Positions 11,004 through 22,054 of a DNA stretch of 64,000 nt are shown here, one piece after another; the stretch's first letter is position 1, and each line of letters begins with the position of its first letter. The position numbers were made by a program, and so were the translations under genes. The stretch is from Calditrichia bacterium (GTDB taxonomy: Bacteria > Calditrichota > Calditrichia > JAJRVZ01). The notes under the pieces are model-generated. The model ran no database searches, was not told the DNA's origin, and was given only the letters and a program-made list of their open reading frames with translations. The DNA lies in the NCBI GenBank assembly GCA_963796965.1, contig CAWCNS010000008.1, positions 288,001 to 352,000 of the forward strand, in the 5' to 3' direction.

Positions 11004-12595
11004 TCAGGGATGAATTATGAAGGAATAAAGTTTTGCCCCAGCGCCCATATGAAATCGCAATTGGATTTTAGAATCATCTACGATCTCTTCCAGGATTTGG
11101 CCATCAAACAAGACATCATGTTTTAACGCATCTCCACTCACAGTAGCAGAGGCAATGATTTTGCCACCAGATTTAAGCACGTCAACCGTGATCGGGCCAA
11201 TGGCATTAAGAGACAGATTTTTTCCTGTAAAAGTCAATAATTTTGTCGTGAGGATTCCAGCATCAACAGAGACAAATCCATCAATTCGTAAACGTGCGCG
11301 GAAAATTCCCCCACCACTAATGCGAATATCATTCGGGTGATTTTTGCCATAGGAAGAGGATCCATAATAAAATATCAGTTCATCACCTATTTTAAGAGGG
11401 CCTTGTGAGAACTCAGTCATATACCCGCCATCATTCAGCCCCTCATTACCACCCTCTATACCATTGGGTATAAACACTTCAGGGACGCCATTATCATTGG
11501 CAAACGGTACTTTTTTCCATTTCAGACCATCACGACTTGAAACGAGTTTAAGATAACCACAACCGGCCGCTGACCAGGGATAGTCCCCCTGCCCGTGCCA
11601 GATTTTTAATCCCCCCAACCACATCGACTCATAGCGCCAGGCCGTGGAGCCATAATACTCATCAAATCGCCCATCATTATTTATGTCGGCCGCTGGTGGC
11701 ACTAACTCAATATGCTTAATTGTCTGTATTGCAAACGGCTCCTCAAGAGGGTGTGAGAAAAAAGCATAGGCACGAGATCGTAATCTGTTCTCATTTTCAA
11801 CCGGGGTAGGACTATAAAATTTGAATAAGCCGAGAAATCGGTTTTCAATCGCATCGTGGTAAAATATGGTTACATCTCCGGGGCCAAAAAGGTCTCGTCC
11901 TTCTTGATGAATTTTTTTATGAACCCTATCGTCCTTATCGGCAAACCCATTCACAACCATCGGTAGCCCCGCTCCCAGGTAATGCCGTCCTTTGATTTGA
12001 GATAGTAATGACCTTCACGATCATCTCCCCAATTGGCAAAATGTTGCCAACCCTTGTAGGGGTAATCACCATCTTTATCATCATAATAATAGGAGAAGGC
12101 ATCGATATTTGTTGCACTTTTACCACTTTCCGGATCGTAAAGATCTTCTTCCGAGCGAGGAAAAACGCATTGCGGATTACCGTCATCGCCTTTGATCCAA
12201 TTCATGGCATCATCTGATGTAAACCGATACAAGCGGTAAAATGTCCAGCGTGGCTTTTTTCCTAAGGTTCTGCCATATGGAGAAAATCCAAGGGCAATCA
12301 TTACATATTTTTGCAATCGTGTATCAAATACAATTGTGCCATTCGCTTCTAACGTTGCCCCTAAACCATCAAATTCACCTTCTAATGAAATTATAGGCTT
12401 ATTACCGCCAAAATCCTTTAAAGGTTGATTTAGGGTACGTTTCAGATCTTCCCCAGATTCAATTAAATAATCATCCACGAACAACTGAGCAACACCTGAC
12501 TCTATCTCAATTGATTCTGAGGCGGGACCACATGCATTCGCAATCAAATAAAAAGTCAGACAAGCAATAATAAAATATTGACGGTTTTTTATCAT
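11004..12595 (-). CDS. GH32-like beta-propeller lipoprotein (frameshift near 11960)
   Basis: Lipobox ANAC; QLFVDD, SxDG repeats, LRIDGFVS, LTTKLL, KLYSF; two collinear ORFs. Confidence 0.7.
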
Positions 12596-12813
12596 CTCAT
12601 TTTTCTTTCTGGTTTCATAAATACAAATCCTGCTTACCCGCCATATTGAAAACTTACCCTTCATACATTTTTCTAAAAAGAAATATAATAAAAAAATATT
12701 ATAAATTTTTTTTTTTAACCCATTCTCTCTTACCGGTGAACTATTGCCTTCTCCAAATTCTCCATCGACTTTATTGAGTGCTGTTATCTAATTTATATTA
12801 TTGTTGATCAATT

Positions 12814-14556
12814 TTATATATTTTCCTCCGGTGTGTTATTATAACGAACAGGAGGAAGGCCAGGGCCAATTCCAAGAACATTTTCTTCCACTTTATTAAT
12901 ACCAGCCTTATGAAATCGAAGTGGCGATTTATCGGTGTTGTAAATACCATTATTCCGAATTACAATATCCGTAGTACCTTCGTCCAGAAACATACCATTC
13001 GATTCGGCCCTTCCGGCATTGAGAGGAACATCATGGATCAAATTACTTTCAAGTATTGTGCCGGGCTGATAACCCAAAGTATAAATTCCTCCACCATCTG
13101 ATAATATCTGCATAACATGATGGATATGATTGAAGGACACAACATTAGATTTACAGGGCGTTACATCCGGGCTCCACATCCAGCCAATGCTAATGCCGGT
13201 ATAGGGGAGATTACGAATTTCATTGTGGGCAATCAGAGTATTTTGTGCTAACCCAACCCAGATTCCAATTGCACCAAAATACTGAACACCGGAATTTTCG
13301 ATTAAGCAATTTACCACCTGGTTTCCCGTTGCGACCTGCTGTGGAGCCGATTGCCACCAGGGCTCCTCTTCTACAATCCGGTCTCTACTTTCACCGATCA
13401 TAACTGCATTACCACTTATATCATTCACAATGCTCCCGACCAGAGAACAATTTTTAGTGCGGCTCCCAATCATGACTCCAGCCCCGCCGAGATGGCGAAT
13501 ATGACTATTTTTAATATGACAATTTTCTGCTAATTCAAAATGAATTGCAGCAGGTACAAACCCCCGCCAACCTTTTTCAAAACCGTTTGCTTTCCCCACC
13601 ATATGAAAGGTCGCCTGGACACCTGCATAGCCATCCTCAGGAATAGTGAAGGCGCAATGTTCAAATGTTAATCCTTCAAAATGAAGATTATTAACCATAC
13701 ACCCATTTTTCTCATCTCCCCGCACAACAAGAAGTTGAGAGGCAGAGGGGGCGATGAATTCAGTTTCGCTAATCTCTTCATCCTTTCCGGGATAGTATAT
13801 TAATTTGCCATCCGAATCCTGACACCATTCTCCGGCCGTATCACAAATTGCAGGATGATTTTCCAAGGCATACCTTGGATTCGGTTCGTAACCATCGATA
13901 ACCATCATCGGATGCTGGCGGCCTATCTTCGACAAAGGATAAATTCGTTGGGTTTTTTTATCAATACTTTTCAGACCAACCCGTGAGATTGACCAGTCAT
14001 GAATAAAAACAAGTTCTGTTTTATCTGTTGAGATAGAAGCGGGAATATCCTCCGGATTGAATGTAAAATAGGACATGCGGTCTTCTGATGTGTCTACCAC
14101 CCTCAGGTAACCATGATTCGGGTGCCTGGCCCTTTGGGCTCTTTGGCCATTTACAAATAACTCCCGAACAGTACCCTTCACAACAGAATCAGTTTTCCAA
14201 CTTCCATTCCCTTGAATATTCCAACCCGCAACAACCTTACCCCCGCTAATTACCACATCCTCATCAGGGACAGATCTGTAAGTTATTGTGTATTTTTCAT
14301 TTCCAGAATCACGACAATCAAATATTAAGGGTTCAGTCAATCTATAAACGCCACGATTAATATTAATCCGGATATTATCAGCCATGCCCGTCTCAACAAT
14401 TTTTCTTACAATTAACTGTGCCTTTTGTATCGTTCTGAAAGGATTTAGTTTTGTTCCTGGATTATTATCTTTCCCAGTGGTTGAAACATATAAATCTGTT
14501 CCTGCCCCGGTTCTTACAAAAAGACATAATAATAACACCAACATCGATATTTTCAT
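12814..14556 (-). CDS. GH141-like right-handed beta-helix glycoside hydrolase
   Basis: Signal peptide; YVSTTGKDNNPGT, LFVNGQRAQRARHPN, LPYTGISIGWMW, LSDGGGIYTLG, MFLDEG. Confidence 0.7.
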   Translation of the reverse strand: MKISMLVLLLCLFVRTGAGTDLYVSTTGKDNNPGTKLNPFRTIQKAQLIVRKIVETGMADNIRININRGVYRLTEPLIFDCRDSGNEKYTITYRSVPDEDVVISGGKVVAGWNIQGNGSWKTDSVVKGTVRELFVNGQRAQRARHPNHGYLRVVDTSEDRMSYFTFNPEDIPASISTDKTELVFIHDWSISRVGLKSIDKKTQRIYPLSKIGRQHPMMVIDGYEPNPRYALENHPAICDTAGEWCQDSDGKLIYYPGKDEEISETEFIAPSASQLLVVRGDEKNGCMVNNLHFEGLTFEHCAFTIPEDGYAGVQATFHMVGKANGFEKGWRGFVPAAIHFELAENCHIKNSHIRHLGGAGVMIGSRTKNCSLVGSIVNDISGNAVMIGESRDRIVEEEPWWQSAPQQVATGNQVVNCLIENSGVQYFGAIGIWVGLAQNTLIAHNEIRNLPYTGISIGWMWSPDVTPCKSNVVSFNHIHHVMQILSDGGGIYTLGYQPGTILESNLIHDVPLNAGRAESNGMFLDEGTTDIVIRNNGIYNTDKSPLRFHKAGINKVEENVLGIGPGLPPVRYNNTPEENI

Positions 14557-14559
14557 TTT

Positions 14560-15645
14560 TCAGTCTCCATTCTTCTTACTAAGTTCATCACATAAATCCA
14601 GTACATACATAATTCTACTATCAGGAACATCATATTCTACATCGGGAAGACCAACATCACATGGTGCCAAATTCCGGGCAACAAATTCAAAATCATTTTT
14701 TATTTCTTTTTCAGATTTATTCTTTAAATCCACCGATGTGTAGAGACAATTTCTCCGTGCGTCAGGAAACACTTCTTTAGCTCTGGCCAAGTCTGAATCG
14801 ATGCCCATATCAATATAACTTACCCGTGGAACTTTTTTATAGTGATCAATATAGGGCGTAAGCATCCAGGCACAATTATGAATACCTAGTGAATCAAACC
14901 GGCTAGAAATTTTTACATCATATTTTAGTAATGACTGTGCATAAACATCCGGGCCAACCATATTGACAGTACAGTTGGCGATAGTCGCGAATCTATTGTT
15001 TACTCCATATTCACTCTGCTTATTATAGATATAATTTATTGCTTGAATATAGGTATCGGATATAATTTCAAATAACTGGTCAGTAAGTGATCCATTAACA
15101 ATCAGATCCGTAAATATACTATCTCCTCTGAATCTAAATCCCGTGTTCAAGTTACCCTGCCAGTTGAGATATCCATTGACATCTCCGGTTATTTTATAAA
15201 TATTGTCAATTTGTTCACAAATATGATCAAGGAAAGGATTATTCTCAACATCAGGTATTTCCAGATTTAGTATTTCTTCATCAGTCATTTTATCACCAAC
15301 AGGGACCGGCCACTTATCGGTAAAATATTTTAAGGGTCGATTAAATATCGAATCCATTATCCCAATTCCATAAATACCTGTTAACAGATCGGGTGGTCGG
15401 TCTTCCAATACGCGACCGATGTTATATCCAGGAAATCTTTTTTTAATCTCATCCTTCATTTTTTGGTACAACTCAAAACGTAATGGAATGTCCTTATGCC
15501 ATTTTTCAGAAAAATCCGCGTTACAACTTGCATGGAACCAGGAGGGATTAAATCCTACTTCTGGACGTAAGAATGGTTCATTTCCCTCCACAGGAGTTCT
15601 GATGGGTGGACAGCCAAGGTTGATATAGTATTTTAATTGTTCCAT
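14560..15645 (-). CDS. UroD/MtaA (cobalamin methyltransferase-like) TIM-barrel protein
   Basis: WQGNLNTGFRFRG, NCTVNMVGP and an HxC motif (GIHNC); paralog of 31754-32852. Confidence 0.65.
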   Translation of the reverse strand: MEQLKYYINLGCPPIRTPVEGNEPFLRPEVGFNPSWFHASCNADFSEKWHKDIPLRFELYQKMKDEIKKRFPGYNIGRVLEDRPPDLLTGIYGIGIMDSIFNRPLKYFTDKWPVPVGDKMTDEEILNLEIPDVENNPFLDHICEQIDNIYKITGDVNGYLNWQGNLNTGFRFRGDSIFTDLIVNGSLTDQLFEIISDTYIQAINYIYNKQSEYGVNNRFATIANCTVNMVGPDVYAQSLLKYDVKISSRFDSLGIHNCAWMLTPYIDHYKKVPRVSYIDMGIDSDLARAKEVFPDARRNCLYTSVDLKNKSEKEIKNDFEFVARNLAPCDVGLPDVEYDVPDSRIMYVLDLCDELSKKNGD

Positions 15646-15712
15646 ATTACTGACGTATTTCTCGCAAAGCCACTAAGACGTAGAGGGTATTTATATTTAT
15701 TAATAGTATAAT

Positions 15713-15765
15713 TCACCTCCCCCATGCCCCCTCCTTAGTAAGGAGGGGGATTAAGGGGGAGGTGA
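15713..15765. repeat. GC-rich double palindrome
   Basis: TCACCTCCCCC..CCCCCTCCTTA-G-TAAGGAGGGGG..GGGGGAGGTGA. A lone 9-mer arm (CTCGCAAAGCCACTAAGACG) sits at 15661. Confidence 0.8.
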
Positions 15766-16758
15766 TTCAAAGTTATGACTACAAAAATCTTGCCCACCAT
15801 ATGACCCTATTAGATCAGGGCACATTGACTCTTTGTAAATTTTATTAATAGGTGTTATAGTTTTCTTACCTACATTGATCGATTGGCTAGTTGTATCAAT
15901 TCCTACCACAAGATGTGGCATGTCTTTGTCATCTGCAAATGAAGCTGTCTCATAAACTTTTATTTTATCAAAAAGATGGTCCTGGACAAATAGGTGTCCA
16001 TGGCCCACAAATATGCCTTTAATCTGATTTACATTCTTTTCGAGAATTGAATAAAACCTTTGCTCAACTTCCGGAAGAATTGAGGCCCCGGCCCCAGACC
16101 AAATTCTAAAATTATCCGTTTGAAGAGGATGATGAAAAAACAACACGATTGGTACTTCTGCTTCTAATTCTGATGCAAACCAATCGAGCTGATCTTCATC
16201 AAAACTGCGATGTTTATATCTTCCATGCATACTATTCGACACAACAAATTTCCATCCCCCATACTCAAATGAATAATAAGCATCAAACCCGGTCATTTGC
16301 TTCCAGATCTTTTCCATGAATAAAATCTCATCTTTTTCATACGGTGCATCGGAATCTCTATCTGAATCAATTTTATAATCATGATTACCCATCACCCAGT
16401 AATAAGGAACCTCTAAGCGGTTAAAGGCCACCAGCGCATTAAACAATCTGCTCTGTTTATGATCAGCGTTTTCCGGGTTGTACGATTTATAAATACTTGA
16501 AACTACATCACCCGTATTTACTACAAATGCCAAACCGGGATAATCTCCCCGGTTTATCTTATCCGTCAGACAATTTAAACGTTCAATTTTTGAATCATCG
16601 TTGCTGACATGTGTATCAGAAACTATTAATATATGAAAATCACCATCAGGATAATTCGTCGATATTGAGCCACATCCCCATGTCACCAGATTGAGTGTTA
16701 TCAAACATTTGAGTAAATGTCGACGAATATTGCCGCTCTTAATAATATTAATTCCCAA
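15751..16758 (-). CDS. Calcineurin-like metallophosphoesterase, probably exported
   Basis: Motifs SDTH, TGD, GNHD, HHP, GHGH. Confidence 0.85.
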   Translation of the reverse strand: MGINIIKSGNIRRHLLKCLITLNLVTWGCGSISTNYPDGDFHILIVSDTHVSNDDSKIERLNCLTDKINRGDYPGLAFVVNTGDVVSSIYKSYNPENADHKQSRLFNALVAFNRLEVPYYWVMGNHDYKIDSDRDSDAPYEKDEILFMEKIWKQMTGFDAYYSFEYGGWKFVVSNSMHGRYKHRSFDEDQLDWFASELEAEVPIVLFFHHPLQTDNFRIWSGAGASILPEVEQRFYSILEKNVNQIKGIFVGHGHLFVQDHLFDKIKVYETASFADDKDMPHLVVGIDTTSQSINVGKKTITPINKIYKESMCPDLIGSYGGQDFCSHNFESPPP

Positions 16759-16776
16759 ATTCCTAATTCCAATAAT

Positions 16777-18309
16777 CTATTTTTCTAAATCATTCAACAT
16801 ATAATTTAAGACAATCTCAGAAATTTTATGTTCCTCATGGCTAGAATCCAGAAACACCTCAAAATTTCCATCCCCCAAACTATTTACCCTTTCACTGACA
16901 ATTGCTTCATAAGTCGCGTAGCCCGTTCCACTAAAACAACAGGCATCAAATTCATTGAGAAATTGTATTTGCCGGCGGCCAGATCCGGAAGCACCCATGA
17001 CATATAATTCCAGATAATTTGCTATTCGATAAAGTTCCGGGACAATTTGTTCATAGTCGCCCCAGCTACCATTTTTAGGATCACGAATACGAAGATAAAG
17101 CGGCAGACTGCCCGCCACCGGATAACTGTATTTTATTCTCGTATCCATTGCCGCACACAAAGTTGTCGTCCATCCACCACCAGAGATCCCTGTCATATTG
17201 ACCTGCTTAAATCCCTGTTCATGCAAATAATTGATTACTCTAAAAACAGGCTCCACAAAATATTTCACAGGATGCCCCTCTTCCGGGTCCAAAAAACCCA
17301 TCCTCCCATGGGAATTAATATTCATTTTCCCAAAGCGTTTTAAATGAACAATCGGTTGACTGTTCATTCCTTTTAAGGGCATAGAAATACCAACTACGTG
17401 AAAACCTTTTGATAATAATCCCTGGATTGTTGAGATACCTAACGAGAATTTACCATTATGGCCCTGGTGATAGAGAACGGCTCTTTTATTTGATTTGACA
17501 GGAATAAAGTGATAAGCAATACTATTAAGGCCGTATTCCATATTAATGATTAATTTTTTAGTTTCTTCCAAATTCTGTAAATCTTTGAAATCAGGATCTT
17601 GAATATCCTCTTCGATCAAATCGACACCTTTTTCCATTGGAAATCCTTCTTCTCCGAATAACAATACACTGAACTTGGCACGCGTACTCACGAGATCAGA
17701 CTGATTGTTAATTGAGAGTAATGTTGAGATATCAAACTCCAGATCCTTTGCAGGTAAATCGGCTTCCTTTCTGAAGATTGCTTGCATTTCCATTTTATCG
17801 GACGAAGTAAAATGCAATAAATTTGATGCGACTTCTTTTTTCCCCTCTCCTCTCCACATCCAGAAGAGGCGTAAATATGAAGGACCTGAAATCTGTTTAT
17901 AGTGAAGTCTTATTTTATAGCGAACGCCCTTTTTCATCTCAATGACGCCCTGATCGTCTGGTTTATCTGACCAGGAATTGATGATAACCTTCCCGTCAAT
18001 TTCCAGCCATATGCCATTATTCGCTTCAATAGAGAAGGTAACCGGACCACTAACCGGACCTTCAATACTCCCCTGCCACTGTACGGAGAAGTCCTTATGC
18101 TCTGGCCAATCCAGTTCTGAGGAATTGAGCGAAAGAGCCTTCCAAATTCTTACAGGACCAGTAAAATCGCTATGGTCAAAAAAGACCCCGACTAAGCCCG
18201 GTTGTTCTTCTTTAGGTTTATCCTGGTCCTGAGCAGATAGGGAGCCATATATAAAAAACATAGCAATGATTGCATAAAAGATTCTATAATTAGTGATAAT
18301 TTTATTCAT
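16777..18309 (-). CDS. PA14 domain plus alpha/beta-hydrolase (carbohydrate esterase-like)
   Basis: Signal peptide; PA14 motifs (FSVQWQG, EANNGIWL); HQGH and GISGGG nucleophile elbow; C-terminal His. Confidence 0.75.
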   Translation of the reverse strand: MNKIITNYRIFYAIIAMFFIYGSLSAQDQDKPKEEQPGLVGVFFDHSDFTGPVRIWKALSLNSSELDWPEHKDFSVQWQGSIEGPVSGPVTFSIEANNGIWLEIDGKVIINSWSDKPDDQGVIEMKKGVRYKIRLHYKQISGPSYLRLFWMWRGEGKKEVASNLLHFTSSDKMEMQAIFRKEADLPAKDLEFDISTLLSINNQSDLVSTRAKFSVLLFGEEGFPMEKGVDLIEEDIQDPDFKDLQNLEETKKLIINMEYGLNSIAYHFIPVKSNKRAVLYHQGHNGKFSLGISTIQGLLSKGFHVVGISMPLKGMNSQPIVHLKRFGKMNINSHGRMGFLDPEEGHPVKYFVEPVFRVINYLHEQGFKQVNMTGISGGGWTTTLCAAMDTRIKYSYPVAGSLPLYLRIRDPKNGSWGDYEQIVPELYRIANYLELYVMGASGSGRRQIQFLNEFDACCFSGTGYATYEAIVSERVNSLGDGNFEVFLDSSHEEHKISEIVLNYMLNDLEK

Positions 18310-20846
18310 TTTTTTCTCCGGAGATTAATTTATTTTCTTTTTCCATCATTTGTTTCTGTTGCGGAGAATGCTTTAAATATTCTCCGATAATAGCCGAAAA
18401 CCCGGATTCGGGCAATTGCCACTGGACATTAAGCTGCCCCAAATCACCTCCCTCGTGGTTATAAATCAGGTCAATACGGTACCAGTGGTTTTTTTCCGCC
18501 TTAAAACTTGCTATTCTCTCATCGATGCTACCTTCCCAGGCAATCAGATCATTATTCTCAATCTTTAATATAACTCCGCGATCAGAGGCCACTTTTAATT
18601 TTACTACGCCTGATTCCGGAAACCTAATAAATCCAAACCATTGGACAGACCAGTTTCTCCCCAAATCCTCCTCTTTATTATCCCATTTATAATCAAGCAC
18701 CTCTGCAGTAAAAGAGTGATCGGGATTTTGAAGATCCGGGTCGCCATACCATATTCCTGCTAAGCCAGGAAGTGATGGTTTAAAATAGGAATCTGTCATA
18801 GGCTGGTTTACCTCTTGCCTGTAAATTTCTAACTCCTTCTCAAATAAAGGTAAAATATCAGACCAATGATAAGGACATTTTTCAAGACGTTCCGGATGTT
18901 TTGCCGGTACATCACTTAAACTGGCGTAAGTAAGATCTGTTAATATGGTTAAATCACGATAATTATTAACTGATGCCTCCAGATTCTCAATAAATTGTTC
19001 TTTGTTTTGCTCAAAATTGATATTATTTTCATATAACAATTTAAAAACGATCGCCCGTAATTTATTATAATAAAACTTGCTTATTAATAGAATGGCCGTG
19101 GCATCGCTAAGAATTCGGGAAGCCTCTTCCTTATTTTTTAAACTTGTGCTGATCCCCCATTGCGCTTCCAGAACAGCCCGTTCTGCCTCGGCAATCTTTA
19201 CTGCCAAAAAATCGATGGGACTGCCATTATCAGGGACCTCTCCCCTTTTTATTTTTTCAAGATATTCAGGAATGCGCAGGCATCCTATATCTTCAAATAA
19301 AGGTGTTCCCGGAGCCTTCTCTATATGCGTAAGTTTTGCTCCTGCAGCGACAATTGTATGATTATCATTTCCAAGCCAGAGTAGTCTTTGCAATCCCGGG
19401 AGAACATCAGCACCCGCTTCAAATGAATTCAGAAAATGAATAGCCGCACGTTGGGATCCAAATCTCTTCGACAATCGGGATATCCAATAGTTTTTTTCAA
19501 GTTCTGTATCTCGTTCCACCCTCCAGGCATAGCGTCCCCACATTTCAAACCAGAGAGCATCCCGTTCCCACTGCAGTAAATTTTTACCCGTATCTGATCC
19601 ATAGGGCCATCGCCATGCTTTGCGCGGATATAAATGGAGCCCCTTTGCTCCTATATCCAGGGAACTTTGTATACATTGCCGAATGTACGATGGCGGGTTC
19701 CAGCGAAAGGGTTCAAGATTAGCAATACAATGAATATTAACGATATAGTTGCCATTGAGAGCAGCCCATTCCTCATTCTCTGGATCAATACGGGTATCAG
19801 CAATCATTTCCACATTAAATTTTCTTTCCCAATACAAGTTTTCATAATTTCCAACAACCTTACGTGCATGGGGAAGATCAATCTGCCAGGCACGTACAAA
19901 GATGGGAGGCGTCTTGCCTGTCTTATTAACAGCCGGAAATATAACTTCATTGATCCATCTGTCTGAATGCTCAAGATCCAATCCCTCACCGGGGGTTACA
20001 TATAGTCCCACCTCAGGAAATTCAGAGACAAATCGTTCAATGCAATGCTCCGTATAATCTGCTAGTAACGGTGTTGGTTCTGCAATTTCATCTTTGAGAT
20101 TATGTGCTTTTTGGAAATAAATTGATGTGTGAATATTATAGAACTGAAAGATAAATCGTATATTGCGTTTTAATGCTTCTGCACAAAGCCATGAGAGCAT
20201 TTCATGATTTTTTTCTAACAACCCAACAGGCATACCCTTTTGAGCCTCAGGATATTTATCCAATTTGACAAAATAGTCGAAAGGATGACCATTCCAGAAA
20301 GCAATATAGTTAAAGCGATTCTCCGCCAAGAAATCCAAATAGTCAAGCCAAAGATCCTTATCGTAAAAAAATGGAAATTCTCCGGGTGTAATTGCAAAAT
20401 TATAGGTTCCTAGCTTCATCAAGAGGATGCATGTCCCCCGTAAATTCATATCCGGCGCATCTGACAGTCTTTAATTTCTCAGGAATTTTCCCAGAGTCTT
20501 TAATAATTCTTTTCAATTCCAGACAGCCATAAAGAGCCCCCGCCGGATCAAATCCGCGGATCGTAATCTGACCCTCCCGCACTATTATCTGAAAGCCCTC
20601 TTGATGTCGTGCCTTGACAGGTAGATCAGCCTTATTTGCGGCAACTTCAATCTGCAAATAATGATTTTTCACATCTGCCAGAGAATCGGAATATTCCATC
20701 AATAGCGACTCGAGTCGCGCCTTGCCCCAGCTAATGCGTGGATCTGGCGTAACCTTCTCAACTGGTGCTGCCTGGTTAATAGAGGGTATGATCCCTACCA
20801 GACCAAGAGTCATGAATAATATTATATTAAAGATCTTACTCTGCAT
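18302..20846 (-). CDS. GH138-like alpha-galacturonidase with C-terminal PA14 (frameshift near 20468)
   Basis: EGF..GALYGCLEL N-domain, then LRGTC..FPFFYDKDLWLDYLDFLAENRFN..WNGHPF..VKL..YP, matching my recollection of BT0997 (GH138). Confidence 0.75.
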
Positions 20847-20905
20847 AATTCTTCTGATCTTCGGATGACTTGGATTACAACCCTTCAACAAATTTCTTTT
20901 CAAAG

Positions 20906-21802
20906 TCAATTATCAATTTCTATATCTTTTGATAATTGTTTGATAAAGACTTCCGAACGACGTTGACGAAATTTGTTTGAATTTTGAGGCTCAACTTCAA
21001 TCTCAAAATAACTGATCCCTTCCCAATCATTCCGGTTAATAATAATTTCTCCCTTTTTATTTATGGCAAGTGTCTGTAAAGGATGTGTAAAAATAAGAGG
21101 GGCGTTATTATCACGGGCTCGTGCACGGAGTATTGTGTCATTCCACTCCCCGCGGGATCCATAGGAAGGATTGAACAGAACTCTGGCACCAGACAGGGCC
21201 AGGGCCCGGGCTACTTCCGGAATTTGCCTTTCAAAACATATCATCATACCAAATCTTCCATAATCTGTATCAAAGGCTTCAATACTATTACCGGGGTGAT
21301 AAAACGCGGGCTGATAATAAGGTTGTGCCATATGAGTTTTACGATGGGTGTGTACGATCTCACCTTTTGAATTGATCCAAACAACACTGTTGTAAAGAAT
21401 ATCATTCTTCCGTTCCAGAATCCCGAGAAGAATATCCACATTTAATTCTTTGGCAAGATCAGCCATTCTCGATACTGAAGGACCTTCCAAAGACTCGGCT
21501 ATTTCGAAAAATTTTTTATCTAAATTTTTACCTTTATTTTCTTCCTTTAGAACCTCATTTATTAGATATCCCTCTACAGCACCCTCTGATGTTACTAAGA
21601 TTTTTGCATCATTTGCGGCCGCCTCTCTGGCCATCTTTTCTATCGTTTTTAAATTCGATTCTTTATCCCATTTAACCGGTACAAATGATAAACTGGCTAT
21701 TTTCACTTTTATTATTTCTTCCGTACCACTATTTGCATCAGAGGCAATGAGCAAAAAAGGGAGAATTAACATCCCCAGGATCAAAAATATCTTTACTTTC
21801 AA
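20906..21802 (-). CDS. Exported carbon-nitrogen hydrolase (nitrilase superfamily)
   Basis: Glu-Lys-Cys triad contexts SEG, HRKTH, ICFE; signal peptide. Confidence 0.85.
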   Translation of the reverse strand: MKVKIFLILGMLILPFLLIASDANSGTEEIIKVKIASLSFVPVKWDKESNLKTIEKMAREAAANDAKILVTSEGAVEGYLINEVLKEENKGKNLDKKFFEIAESLEGPSVSRMADLAKELNVDILLGILERKNDILYNSVVWINSKGEIVHTHRKTHMAQPYYQPAFYHPGNSIEAFDTDYGRFGMMICFERQIPEVARALALSGARVLFNPSYGSRGEWNDTILRARARDNNAPLIFTHPLQTLAINKKGEIIINRNDWEGISYFEIEVEPQNSNKFRQRRSEVFIKQLSKDIEIDN

Positions 21803-21846
21803 ATCTTTCTCCTTATTATAGAGAGATATTTCAATTTGTAATTTTT

Positions 21847-22029
21847 TATCTCACGCAAAGACGCTAAGACGCAACAAAAATTCATCCACGAATTTCACTA
21901 ATTTGAACGGATTTCACGAATTAAAATAATATTTTTAAATATTAGAAAATAGAATTAGTGAAATTCGTCTAAATTCAAGTAATCAGTGGAAGAAATTCCT
22001 TTCGAGTCTTAAAGTTTTTGCGAGAGATA
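21847..22029. repeat. Composite nested fold-back element, copy 1
   Basis: Outer TATCTCACGCAAAGACGCTAAG/TTTGCGAGAGATA; inner CCACGAATTTCACTAATTT/AATTAGTGAAATTCG arms. Confidence 0.85.
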
Positions 22030-22054
22030 AGATTTAGACCCTGGCATAATAAAA